From the IMG/VR virus record IMGVR_UViG_3300045391_007586: 39,194 nt of DNA; one strand, 5' to 3'. The notes beneath the pieces were generated by a model. It worked only from the letters and a program-made list of their open reading frames with translations, was not told the origin of the DNA and searched no databases. The position numbers and the translations under genes are program-made. Origin of the DNA: a virus. Taxonomy: Duplodnaviria > Heunggongvirae > Uroviricota > Caudoviricetes. This document shows, one piece after another, positions 1 through 7,949 of this stretch (positions are counted from its first letter, which is position 1; every line of letters starts with the position of its first letter).

Positions 1-216
1 TTACCAGTGGAGAAATGCTGCGAGAAATTGAACCCCGCCCCGCGATACGAGACGGCGCTGATTGCCCTTGCCGCGAAGTTGAATGCTCAGCTTCAGCGGC
101 GAACGCTCGCCCGACTGCACTTTGTTGATTTCCATGTCGTCGGGCAGATCGGCCAGGAGCTTTTTCAGCTCCCCGACCGTCTTTGGGGTATGGACTTCGT
201 GGAGCTTCATGGTCAT
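1..216 (-). CDS. Hypothetical protein (71 aa)
   Basis: ATG overlaps the ligase stop (ATGA at 213-216), typical translational coupling; TAA at 1-3. Confidence 0.65.
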   Translation of the reverse strand: MTMKLHEVHTPKTVGELKKLLADLPDDMEINKVQSGERSPLKLSIQLRGKGNQRRLVSRGGVQFLAAFLHW

Positions 217-1607
217 GCCGCCTTCACTGCCGCTTCGAATTGGTCCTGGATGCTTCGCAGGCTGTCGGCTGCGGACTTGTCCGTGCGATAGCCAGCCTCG
301 ACCATGCGCGGCAGGAAGAGCGAGTAGACGCCATCGTTTTCGGCGGGCTTCATGATCGAGTTGGCGCGCACCGCCCAGACCTTGCTCAGATACACGCTCG
401 GGTCGCGCTCGATTGCGTCGCGCAGCGCCTCGTTCTTGATCGTCACATCGACCACAAGCCGCCCGCAGGACGACTGCATCTTGATCGAGCCGGGACGGCC
501 TTCATTCTTCGTGCCGACCGTGCCCGGAACGATCTCGGTTGCTACGAGGTCCACGTCGACTTCGAGCTTCAGCTTCACCTGCTCCTTCGACGTGCCGTCC
601 TTCCAGATCGCTTTGGGCGACTTGATGATCGTGCCTTCCTTGCCCTGCGCCAGGAGTTCGCGGTAGTGCGCATAGGCTTCATCGAGCGAGTGAACGATGC
701 GCGTGTCGATCGGGATCACCGCGGCGCCTTTCTCTTTCATCCCCGCGAGTTGGTCGGCGAGCGCACCGAAGCGCTCCATATACGGGGTGTCACACTTACC
801 CTTCGGCACAGCCATCGAGAGCGGCACCTGATCCCATGCCACCATCATGGGGCGCTGGCCGGGTTCGAAGTCGCCGCCGCTGAGCACGCTGTTGAGAACA
901 CCGTTGCCCTGCTCGCGCGGGAGGATGTTGTCGTCCGGGCCAATCACGAGCATTTCGCCATGCAGCTCGTATCCGGGCTTCGTGTGGTGGCGGATGATGC
1001 TTGCCACACCGGGGAATTTCAACGGGTCGAACGGCGAGCCCTGACGGCTGCGGATGGCGATCGATCCGTCCTCGTAATGGTCGACGTTGACGAACATGCC
1101 GTCAGCCTTCTCCTGCGAGAAGACGCCGCGCGCCCAATCCCATTGATCGAGCTTCGCAGCCTTCGGCAGCGAGCATCGCATGTAGGGGAACTCGGGAATC
1201 AGACCGGGCTTGACCTTGTTGACGGTCGACTCGCCGAAGCCAGCACGCAGGTCCATGTTGAGCACGCGAGCGAAGAGCTGCGACGACTCGGCGTCGAGAC
1301 GGTTGATCTCCTTCTCGATCTCAGCTTGCGCGTCATTGCCAGTCAGTCGCCGGCTCGCGAGCCCGTTGATGACGTGCCAGGTCGTGTCGTCGAACTGCGC
1401 GCCCGCATCATCGTCGGTGCCCGTGATGTCGCGCCCCTTGATCCCGGTGACGCCATACGAGACAGTTGGGTCCAGCGCCGCCTTCAGCACTTGCTGCATC
1501 AGCGAGTCATGGATGTGCTCGCCCAGAATGGCGATCTTTTCGTTCTTGCTGGACGTGCTGGCGATTTGCTCGATCGCCTCGAAAACCTTCACGCTTGTAT
1601 AAGTCAT
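213..1607 (-). CDS. lig: ATP-dependent DNA ligase
   Basis: KxDG motif (EKADG), ELHGEM, EGTIIK and a C-terminal OB-like region (LFLPRMV). Start moved from 1664 to ATG 1607, which has AGAGGA upstream. Confidence 0.92.
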   Translation of the reverse strand: MTYTSVKVFEAIEQIASTSSKNEKIAILGEHIHDSLMQQVLKAALDPTVSYGVTGIKGRDITGTDDDAGAQFDDTTWHVINGLASRRLTGNDAQAEIEKEINRLDAESSQLFARVLNMDLRAGFGESTVNKVKPGLIPEFPYMRCSLPKAAKLDQWDWARGVFSQEKADGMFVNVDHYEDGSIAIRSRQGSPFDPLKFPGVASIIRHHTKPGYELHGEMLVIGPDDNILPREQGNGVLNSVLSGGDFEPGQRPMMVAWDQVPLSMAVPKGKCDTPYMERFGALADQLAGMKEKGAAVIPIDTRIVHSLDEAYAHYRELLAQGKEGTIIKSPKAIWKDGTSKEQVKLKLEVDVDLVATEIVPGTVGTKNEGRPGSIKMQSSCGRLVVDVTIKNEALRDAIERDPSVYLSKVWAVRANSIMKPAENDGVYSLFLPRMVEAGYRTDKSAADSLRSIQDQFEAAVKAA

Positions 1608-1617
1608 CTTTGACTGA
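1600..1617. promoter_or_regulatory. 18-bp operator-like site 1 (TAAGTCA-TCTT-TGACTGA)
   Basis: Overlaps the ligase RBS/start. Confidence 0.7.
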
Positions 1618-1632
1618 TTCCTCTGGTAAATG

Positions 1633-2133
1633 TCAAACCGCAATTCCCGCAACGCGACGGGCATATTCGAGCGGGGTTTCGTCTTTACGCATTGGCGGAC
1701 GCACCGCGACCGGCTTCTGCACCACTTCTTCCTGCACCTGGGTGACTACTGCCGGCCTGAGAACCGCTGGTGGAGTCGCCGACAGCGGGACGTTCTGCTT
1801 GATCCGCATATCGATGCCGCACTTCAGCATTTCCTGGTCGGAGTGCTCCAGTAACTTCAAGCGCGGGACGAAATACAGCGCCCGCCCCGCTTCTTTCTCT
1901 GCCCGTTGCATTGCCTGCGCGGGGCAGCACTTCTTGCCAATAGCGGCCGAACAATCAGCGAACTCGGTCGCAAGCCGGCCGCTCTTGCGATCCGCCACCC
2001 GCTTCAGACAGGCCGCGTATGACGGACGCGAATTCGTGACATTGCAGTGCTCCAGGTAGTAGGCGTTATCGCCCGCCGCCGAACGCTCGACCGGATAACG
2101 TTCCAGGTCGATGAACTGCGCTCTCTTTCTCAT
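1633..2133 (-). CDS. Hypothetical Cys-containing phage protein
   Basis: Internal ATG at 2133 has a GGGAGA RBS; the upstream part of the ORF-track ORF overlaps the next gene. Confidence 0.7.
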   Translation of the reverse strand: MRKRAQFIDLERYPVERSAAGDNAYYLEHCNVTNSRPSYAACLKRVADRKSGRLATEFADCSAAIGKKCCPAQAMQRAEKEAGRALYFVPRLKLLEHSDQEMLKCGIDMRIKQNVPLSATPPAVLRPAVVTQVQEEVVQKPVAVRPPMRKDETPLEYARRVAGIAV

Positions 2134-2155
2134 GACTCTCCCCACAAAAGGTCGT

Positions 2156-2359
2156 CTACCAGGCGCCCCAATCTGGACGCGCCTCCTGTCTTGCTGCCAA
2201 CGCTCGAAGCTGTCCCGCAAACGTCGCCCGAGCAATCAGCTTCTTCGACTCCTGCTCCAACACCTGCGTCAGAACGCTGTGCAGCCTGAACTTCGCGTCG
2301 TATTCGACGAGCTTTCGCACGTCTGGCGACATTCCGGCGAGCAATGCTTCAGCGCTCAC
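2156..2359 (-). CDS. Hypothetical protein ending in DWGAW
   Basis: GTG at 2359 overlaps the upstream stop (GTGA); fills the gap between two genes. Confidence 0.6.
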   Translation of the reverse strand: MSAEALLAGMSPDVRKLVEYDAKFRLHSVLTQVLEQESKKLIARATFAGQLRALAARQEARPDWGAW

Positions 2360-2868
2360 CACGCGCCCCACGCATCGCCACGCTCAATCTCGACCGGCTT
2401 CTTCGGCGCCGGCACGTCGTCAGCAGCTTCCAAGACCGCATTCGACAGGTCGATGTCTTCGAGGTCCGCCCACATCGACTTGATGTGCTCCGCGCGTGCC
2501 GCTCCGTAGTGGTCGACAAGTTTCGTCAAGAACTCGTCTGCCTCCAGGTCATACCCGGCATCGGTCATCGCACGATGGAACCCGTGCTTCACCGTTACCG
2601 TGTTGTATCCCTTGCTCGATTTGGTCTTCTCCGCAACGACCGCCTCAACCCCATTCCAGGCAGTTGTGCCGCCATTGAGCGTGTCAACCTTGATGTCTGG
2701 GCCGGCGTCGCGCTTCTTGAACACTTCCATCGGCCCCCATCGACGCACAACCCGCGTCACGCCGTTGAACTCGATGCCGATCGCTTCGTAAAACTTCGTG
2801 CCGCCCTTATGCTCCATGTAGCGAGGCACAACCCGCACGACAGGGAGCCCACTTGGTCCTGTTCGCAT
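2356..2868 (-). CDS. Hypothetical protein with a WGR-like N-terminal domain, ending in AWGAW
   Basis: GGGAGG RBS and its own promoter. MEHKGGTKFYE...VVRRWGP resembles the KFY...WG(R) pattern of WGR domains (pattern recognition only). Confidence 0.7.
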   Translation of the reverse strand: MRTGPSGLPVVRVVPRYMEHKGGTKFYEAIGIEFNGVTRVVRRWGPMEVFKKRDAGPDIKVDTLNGGTTAWNGVEAVVAEKTKSSKGYNTVTVKHGFHRAMTDAGYDLEADEFLTKLVDHYGAARAEHIKSMWADLEDIDLSNAVLEAADDVPAPKKPVEIERGDAWGAW

Positions 2869-2882
2869 AAAACCTCCCTCTG

Positions 2883-2930
2883 TATATCAGCTACGACTGA
2901 TATTATGCCCGCTCGATGCAGGCGCTACAA
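2883..2930 (-). promoter_or_regulatory. Promoter TTGTAG-N17-CATAAT with operator site 2 (2883-2900) just downstream
   Basis: -35 at 2925-2930, -10 at 2902-2907; site TATATCA-GCTA-CGACTGA. Confidence 0.72.
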
Positions 2931-2937
2931 GCGACCG

Positions 2938-4032
2938 TCACTTGTCCCGGTAGGCGATGTGTGCAAGCGCCTTCAGCTTCGCCGCAGACGCGAGAGACGT
3001 GACGGTCTCGGCCTTCCAGAAAGCCTGACGCACCACTTCGGCCGGAACCTCGTTCGGGTCTTTGTCTTTCGGTAGCATCGCAATGCGAGCCGTCAGTCCA
3101 ACACCCTTCACCTTCATTGCCGCATCCACCGCAGCTTCGATCGCCTTACCCTCTCCATCCCACATGAACGTCACGATGCGCAGCCCTTTATCCTTCAGCG
3201 AGACGAGCTTCGCAAGCTGGCTCTCTTCGTCGCCGTCCGACAGGTGTTTGCCGAAGCTCCCAATTGCGCCAACCTCGCGCAGTTCTGGCGCACCGTCGAG
3301 TGCGATTCGGATCGCTGCAACGTCGAACACGCCCTCCCCGACCACAACATGCGACGCGCCGAGCGCGTTGTGCCCGTTGTAAAGGTGCGCGCCGGTCGAC
3401 GCGAACCCTGGAGGGAACAGGTAGCGCTTGTCTGACGCCCCTGTGATGTCTCGCCCCTGAAACGAAACCATCGTCCCGTCGAGGTCAAAGACGGGGATGA
3501 TGATGCGCATCGAGTAGTCCTGAAACCGATTACGCCCGTCCGCGTCCGAATACCAGAACTTGCCCCGCTGACAGAACCGGAGCCCGAAATACTTCGCGTA
3601 GTCACCGTTGATGCCGCGGTTCTCCAGATACTTCAGGTTCCGGCCGCTGATCGGCAGCGCATACGACTCCGGTATCTTCAGCTTCGTCTCCTTGACTTCT
3701 ACCGCCTCCCGACGCAGTGGGCGCCAGCCCTGCTCCATCGCGAACTTCTTGATGTGGTCCACCGCGTCGCGCGCAGTGGCCGCGCCAATACCGTTCTTGA
3801 TGAACTTCCACTTGTTGAACTTCTCTTCGCACGAAAAGCAGTTCCCCAAGCCAGTCTCGGCATTCAGGTAGACCTTCCACGAGTCCTTGCCGCAGCAGGG
3901 GCAGGTCTTGACGTTGAGCTGCACGCCATGCGTGCCGCGCGTGCGCTTGTATCGGAAGCCCTCGGCGTCGAGCCACGACTCCAGGTCGATCTGCTCAAGG
4001 GCTTCCTCAAGCTCCCGATTGCGCTCCGTCAT
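2938..4032 (-). CDS. dnaG: DNA primase (Zn finger + TOPRIM)
   Basis: CPCC...CFSC zinc finger, FQGR, TOPRIM motifs VVGEGVFD and MWDGE. True start ATG 4032 overlaps the dnaB stop (ATGA). Confidence 0.88.
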   Translation of the reverse strand: MTERNRELEEALEQIDLESWLDAEGFRYKRTRGTHGVQLNVKTCPCCGKDSWKVYLNAETGLGNCFSCEEKFNKWKFIKNGIGAATARDAVDHIKKFAMEQGWRPLRREAVEVKETKLKIPESYALPISGRNLKYLENRGINGDYAKYFGLRFCQRGKFWYSDADGRNRFQDYSMRIIIPVFDLDGTMVSFQGRDITGASDKRYLFPPGFASTGAHLYNGHNALGASHVVVGEGVFDVAAIRIALDGAPELREVGAIGSFGKHLSDGDEESQLAKLVSLKDKGLRIVTFMWDGEGKAIEAAVDAAMKVKGVGLTARIAMLPKDKDPNEVPAEVVRQAFWKAETVTSLASAAKLKALAHIAYRDK

Positions 4033-5372
4033 TCCACACCCAGAACCGCTTGCAGGAACTTCATCTTGGCGAGGTCTTGCTTGATCCGCACCGTGAAGCC
4101 GCCCGCCTGGTTCCGCGACGCCGCGAAGTAAAGCCGGAGCTCGTTGTTGTCGCGCTCTTCGTCCGTGATGTTGAGCGAGATCACCAGGTCCGCGATCCGA
4201 ATCTTGTTGAAGTCTTCGGCGACGTGCTCGGCCTTCGCCACCACCGACTTGAACCCTTCCCGGTTGGTCTGCGTTGCGGTCAACACCGCCGCGTTTTCTT
4301 CGAACGCAATCGCACGCAGGCCCACGAAGATGCTCTTCGAGTTCTCGATCGGATCGTTCGTGCGGTAGTCGGGCGCCATGATGTCGCCGTAGTCGACAAC
4401 GATCATGTCGTATTTGATGCCGTTCGCCTTTTCCTTCTCGATCAGATGACGCAGCGCTTTCGGCGTCAGTGAGCCGGTCGGGTATTCGGCGATGTTCAGC
4501 AGACCCGCCTTCGCGCCGGCCGCTTCGATGCGTGCTTCGACTTCCTTGATGTGCTTGATCAGGTCGGTGATGGCCGTATCTGCTACGCACGCATCCAGGC
4601 GCTCGCTGATGATCTCCTTCGACACTTCGAGCGTGACATACAGCACCTTCAGGCCGGCGAGCGCGGCAGCTTGCGCGAAGTTGATCAGCGCGGTCGTTTT
4701 ACCGGCCTTCGCCCCGCCCATGAGGACAGTGAGCTCGCGCCGGCCCCAACCGCCGTGATAGAGCAACTTGTCGAGCTGCAACGAGCCAGTGGAGATACCG
4801 GTCGGTGGCAGCTTGCCCATCGCCTTGTCGTGCCGAACCTCCGAGCGCTGCTTGATGTTCTCGAAGTAGTTGTAGACATCGGTCGTCATGAGCATGCCGA
4901 CCTGATTCGCCTTCTTGATCAACTCTTCGACATCGTTGTAGCGCTTCTTCTCCAACATCGGGATCGAGTCGAGAATCGCCTTCGCAAGCGCCTGGTGCCG
5001 CACGAACTCCGCGACCTTCTCGGCCGCGTAAGCGCCGCCAGTGATGATGTTGTCGCGCGCCCGCTTGTATGCAGCCACGACCTCCGGCATGGTCTCGGGC
5101 CGGATGACGCCGCTCGCCTTCTTCTCCTTCAGCAGGTTCATCAACGTCGCCGAATCGGGCGTCGTGTTGTATTTGTTGAAGAAGTCGGTTGCGATGGCGA
5201 CCAGATGCGCCTCCCCCGCGTTCTCGAAGTAGTCGGGCTTCAACACGTGGCCCACTTGGCGCATGAAGTCCAGATCCTTCAACGCGTGAGTCGTCAGTTT
5301 CGACTGGAACTCCGCGTCAAACTCGAACTTCACAACCTCTTCCTTCTCTGCTACTGCTACCGCTTCCGTCAC
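4029..5372 (-). CDS. dnaB: Replicative DnaB-like (SF4) helicase
   Basis: Walker A GGAKAGKTT, YVTLE, Walker B IVVDY, TATQTNR; GTG start with GGGAG RBS. Confidence 0.93.
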   Translation of the reverse strand: MTEAVAVAEKEEVVKFEFDAEFQSKLTTHALKDLDFMRQVGHVLKPDYFENAGEAHLVAIATDFFNKYNTTPDSATLMNLLKEKKASGVIRPETMPEVVAAYKRARDNIITGGAYAAEKVAEFVRHQALAKAILDSIPMLEKKRYNDVEELIKKANQVGMLMTTDVYNYFENIKQRSEVRHDKAMGKLPPTGISTGSLQLDKLLYHGGWGRRELTVLMGGAKAGKTTALINFAQAAALAGLKVLYVTLEVSKEIISERLDACVADTAITDLIKHIKEVEARIEAAGAKAGLLNIAEYPTGSLTPKALRHLIEKEKANGIKYDMIVVDYGDIMAPDYRTNDPIENSKSIFVGLRAIAFEENAAVLTATQTNREGFKSVVAKAEHVAEDFNKIRIADLVISLNITDEERDNNELRLYFAASRNQAGGFTVRIKQDLAKMKFLQAVLGVE

Positions 5373-5417
5373 GTCACTCTCCCATGCAAACCATCATGGG
5401 CGCATCGCGCCCGCCTC

Positions 5418-5750
5418 TTAGTGAACTGTCTCGTCCGTTGCTTCGACAGTCGGCTCCTTGCTGCGCAAGTCGATCGGGTAGAAGCCCTTGATGGCGTGTT
5501 TGAAGAAAACGACATCCCGCGTGCCGTGATTGACGGTGCCGGTGCGAATGGTGATGGTGAATTTATCGCTGTGCGTGACCGTGCCATCGATCGGCACGTC
5601 GTCGTCCAGGAACGTCACGCGAATGCGCGCTTTCGACTTCTCCAGCTCTTTGAGAAAGAACTCGTGACCCTTGAGCTCCTGATTGTTGCGACCTGCGGAT
5701 TGAGACTTCCGCGGTCCCTTGCGATGCAGCGTGCCCTCGCTGCGTGCCAT
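5418..5750 (-). CDS. hfq: Hfq-like (Sm-fold) RNA-binding protein
   Basis: FFLKEL...IRVTF...IDGTVTHSDKFTITI...VFFKHAIKGFYP aligns by eye to Hfq FLNAL...LQGQIESFDQFVILL...VYKHAISTVVP. Start ATG 5750 has AGAGGGG RBS. Confidence 0.8.
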   Translation of the reverse strand: MARSEGTLHRKGPRKSQSAGRNNQELKGHEFFLKELEKSKARIRVTFLDDDVPIDGTVTHSDKFTITIRTGTVNHGTRDVVFFKHAIKGFYPIDLRSKEPTVEATDETVH

Positions 5751-5834
5751 ACGTTGCCCCTCTACTGCCTGCTCACGACGCACCGCGTCATAATTCTGGG
5801 AAAACAAGGTAATGCTCCTGTCCTGGTTTGAGTT

Positions 5835-5852
5835 GAAAAAGCCCGACCGGGC
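5835..5852 (-). terminator. Putative Rho-independent terminator
   Basis: Minus strand GCCC-GGTC-GGGC followed by TTTTTC; short stem. Confidence 0.5.
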
Positions 5853-5865
5853 GAGCTGCAAATAT

Positions 5866-5883
5866 ACCGTCAGTTACGACTGA
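5866..5883. promoter_or_regulatory. Operator-like site 3 (ACCGTCA-GTTA-CGACTGA)
   Basis: Intergenic, upstream of the Hfq-like gene; followed by TATATT on the minus strand. Confidence 0.7.
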
Positions 5884-5884
5884 T

Positions 5885-6601
5885 TCACGAGGCGCATTGA
5901 ATCGCGCCGAATACGATTGCCTGACCGAACTCCCGGATCGCGCGCTCAATACGCACTGCGCCCCGGAGATACATAGCCGTATGCAAGGCGAACTCCCTTA
6001 CCGGGGATCGTTTGACCATCTTGATCACGCGATCCTCATACTCCTGTTGGTCCGGCGCTCCGACGTAGTTCTCGACGCGGTAACGCGGGTGCGTCGCGAA
6101 CTGGAACTTGCCGCGCTGTTCCATCGCCCACGCGTCCAACAGATCGATCCAGAGGTCTGCGTCAGAGTAGATGTGTGCCGGTCGGGGCGGCTGCTTCCAG
6201 CCACGCCGCAGACACCACTCCATCGCATAGCGCATTGCGAAGTCGTAACGCACGCCGGCCTCGTCGCACTTCTGACGCAGCGTCCAGAACGCCGTCTTCT
6301 CGCGCGAGTCGATGAAATCCTTGCCCTTGAACCCTTTCGACCACATCATTCCCAAGTCTTTCGCTTGTGAAAGGAACTTGCCGTAGGCTCTGCTGTAGCA
6401 CTGCGCAAGGTAATATGTCGCTTTAGTAGGATGCCAGGGCCGGTAGTCAAACCACTTCTTGCCGAACAGCTCAGCTTCTCGACGTAGCGCCTGGAGCGGA
6501 ATGTGACTTATGGCAAGCAGTTCATAGAACTCCCGCCTGAACTCCCCGCCGAAAAATGAATCGTCGCGCATCGCGTAAGTTGGGGCCGCGCCCCTCTCCA
6601 T
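5885..6601 (-). CDS. Conserved-looking hypothetical phage protein (about 238 aa)
   Basis: Aromatic-rich globular ORF with its own promoter; start is ATG 6601 or GTG 6613. Confidence 0.75.
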   Translation of the reverse strand: MERGAAPTYAMRDDSFFGGEFRREFYELLAISHIPLQALRREAELFGKKWFDYRPWHPTKATYYLAQCYSRAYGKFLSQAKDLGMMWSKGFKGKDFIDSREKTAFWTLRQKCDEAGVRYDFAMRYAMEWCLRRGWKQPPRPAHIYSDADLWIDLLDAWAMEQRGKFQFATHPRYRVENYVGAPDQQEYEDRVIKMVKRSPVREFALHTAMYLRGAVRIERAIREFGQAIVFGAIQCAS

Positions 6602-6605
6602 GTAG

Positions 6606-6656
6606 TCTGTCACTTATGACTGATAGATTGTAGCTGTCTTTTATCTATAGAAGCAA
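6606..6656 (-). promoter_or_regulatory. Promoter TTGCTT-N18-TACAAT with operator site 4 (6606-6623) downstream
   Basis: -35 at 6651-6656, -10 at 6627-6632; site TCTGTCA-CTTA-TGACTGA. Confidence 0.68.
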
Positions 6657-6688
6657 CTACTCGGCCCCAAGAACCGTTCGGAGCAGCT

Positions 6689-7114
6689 ATGAATCTAATT
6701 TCCGTCGTAGCCCTCGTCATTATCGGCGTCGGCGTCTTGCTACTACTTCTGCTACAGATCACCCGACGCAACACTTTCGAGGAAGAGCGACTCATTTGGA
6801 AACAATTGAGCTCCACGAGCCCTCGGGAACTCCGCTACGCCCCCGAGCGCGCTGGCCCTCCCCGTAAGCCGGATGAAGATGATTTTGACTATGCATGCCG
6901 GAACCTCTCGTATTTACAATCGCATCTTCAAGACAACCTGAACAAAAACCGCGCCAAGGAGCGAGTCACGCTGATCATGCAGGCAGTGATCTCGCTTCTC
7001 GTGCTTTGCTCGGCCCTCTACATTATTGTCTTCCTCAAAGACGCCGAGACATCGGTAAAAGACTGGGCTTACGGCGGTGCCGGCACCGTTATTGGTTTCT
7101 GGTTGCGCTTCTGA
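6689..7114 (+). CDS. Hypothetical membrane protein; only credible plus-strand gene
   Basis: N-terminal hydrophobic helix plus two C-terminal ones; exactly fills the gap between two minus-strand genes; looks more AT-rich by eye. Confidence 0.75.
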   Translation: MNLISVVALVIIGVGVLLLLLLQITRRNTFEEERLIWKQLSSTSPRELRYAPERAGPPRKPDEDDFDYACRNLSYLQSHLQDNLNKNRAKERVTLIMQAVISLLVLCSALYIIVFLKDAETSVKDWAYGGAGTVIGFWLRF

Positions 7115-7115
7115 C

Positions 7116-7868
7116 CTAAGCGGCTTCCCTCTCGTATGCCTCGACGATTTCCTGAACCAGCCCGGAGCGCACCACGTCGCTGCGGCCGAACTCGACCACC
7201 TTCACGCTCGGGATGAAACTGACGCGCCTCACGGCGTCGACCAGACCCGATTCACCGCGGATGTCCTGCTGACGCACGTCCCCGTTGACGATCACCTTGC
7301 AGTCCTCGCCGATGCGTGTCAGGAACATCTTCATCTGGGTCGGCGTTGTGTTTTGCGCCTCATCCAGAATGACCCACGCGCTCTTGAACGTGCGCCCACG
7401 CATGTATGCGAGCGGCACCGCCTCGATGTTGCCGACACGCAAGTGGTATTCGAAGGCGCCCTTCCCCAACCGATGAATCAGCACGTCGCGGAACGGTTGC
7501 AGATACGGGTCAAACTTCTCTTCGAGCTCGCCGGGGAGAAAGCCCAGATTCTCGCCAGCTTCGATCGCCGGCCGGGTGATGATGATCCGCTCGGTCTCTT
7601 TCGCTTCGAGCGCCTGTGCAGCCAATGCCGCCGCGAGCCACGTCTTGCCCGTGCCGGCCGGGCCGGTAGCAAATGTCAGGGTGAAGTGTTTGATCGCCTG
7701 AATGTAGCGCTCTTGAGCGCCGGTCTTCGCGCGGATGGGCGAGTTGTCTCGCACAAAGCGGCGCGGTTCTGGCATGTCGTCGTAAAAAAGGGCGTCGTTG
7801 TCGGCTTCTCGCCGCGACGCCCTCGCTTGCTGCTTCAGTTGCTTCTTTGCCAAGCCGCGCTGTGCCAT
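7116..7868 (-). CDS. phoH: PhoH-family ATPase
   Basis: GPAGTGKT, ITRPA, LGFLPG, YMRGRTF, ILDEAQN, GDVRQQD, DVVRSGLV. Start ATG 7868 (TTG 7904 possible). Confidence 0.95.
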   Translation of the reverse strand: MAQRGLAKKQLKQQARASRREADNDALFYDDMPEPRRFVRDNSPIRAKTGAQERYIQAIKHFTLTFATGPAGTGKTWLAAALAAQALEAKETERIIITRPAIEAGENLGFLPGELEEKFDPYLQPFRDVLIHRLGKGAFEYHLRVGNIEAVPLAYMRGRTFKSAWVILDEAQNTTPTQMKMFLTRIGEDCKVIVNGDVRQQDIRGESGLVDAVRRVSFIPSVKVVEFGRSDVVRSGLVQEIVEAYEREAA

Positions 7869-7902
7869 GAGTGGATTGCCAAACGAGTTACAGGGAGCCT
7901 CC

Positions 7903-7931
7903 AATATAACTCAGCGTTGACTGACAAACAA
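7903..7931 (-). promoter_or_regulatory. Promoter TTGTTT-N17-TATATT with operator site 5 (7907-7924) in the spacer, upstream of phoH
   Basis: Site TAACTCA-GCGT-TGACTGA. Confidence 0.65.
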
Positions 7932-7949
7932 CGTAGATTCGCCAAATTT

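Noticed and set aside
2938-4590. 550-aa ORF read as an extended primase or helicase-primase fusion
   Set aside because: The upstream ~186 codons overlap dnaB in another frame and look like noise; ATG 4032 overlaps the dnaB stop and begins the primase-like sequence.
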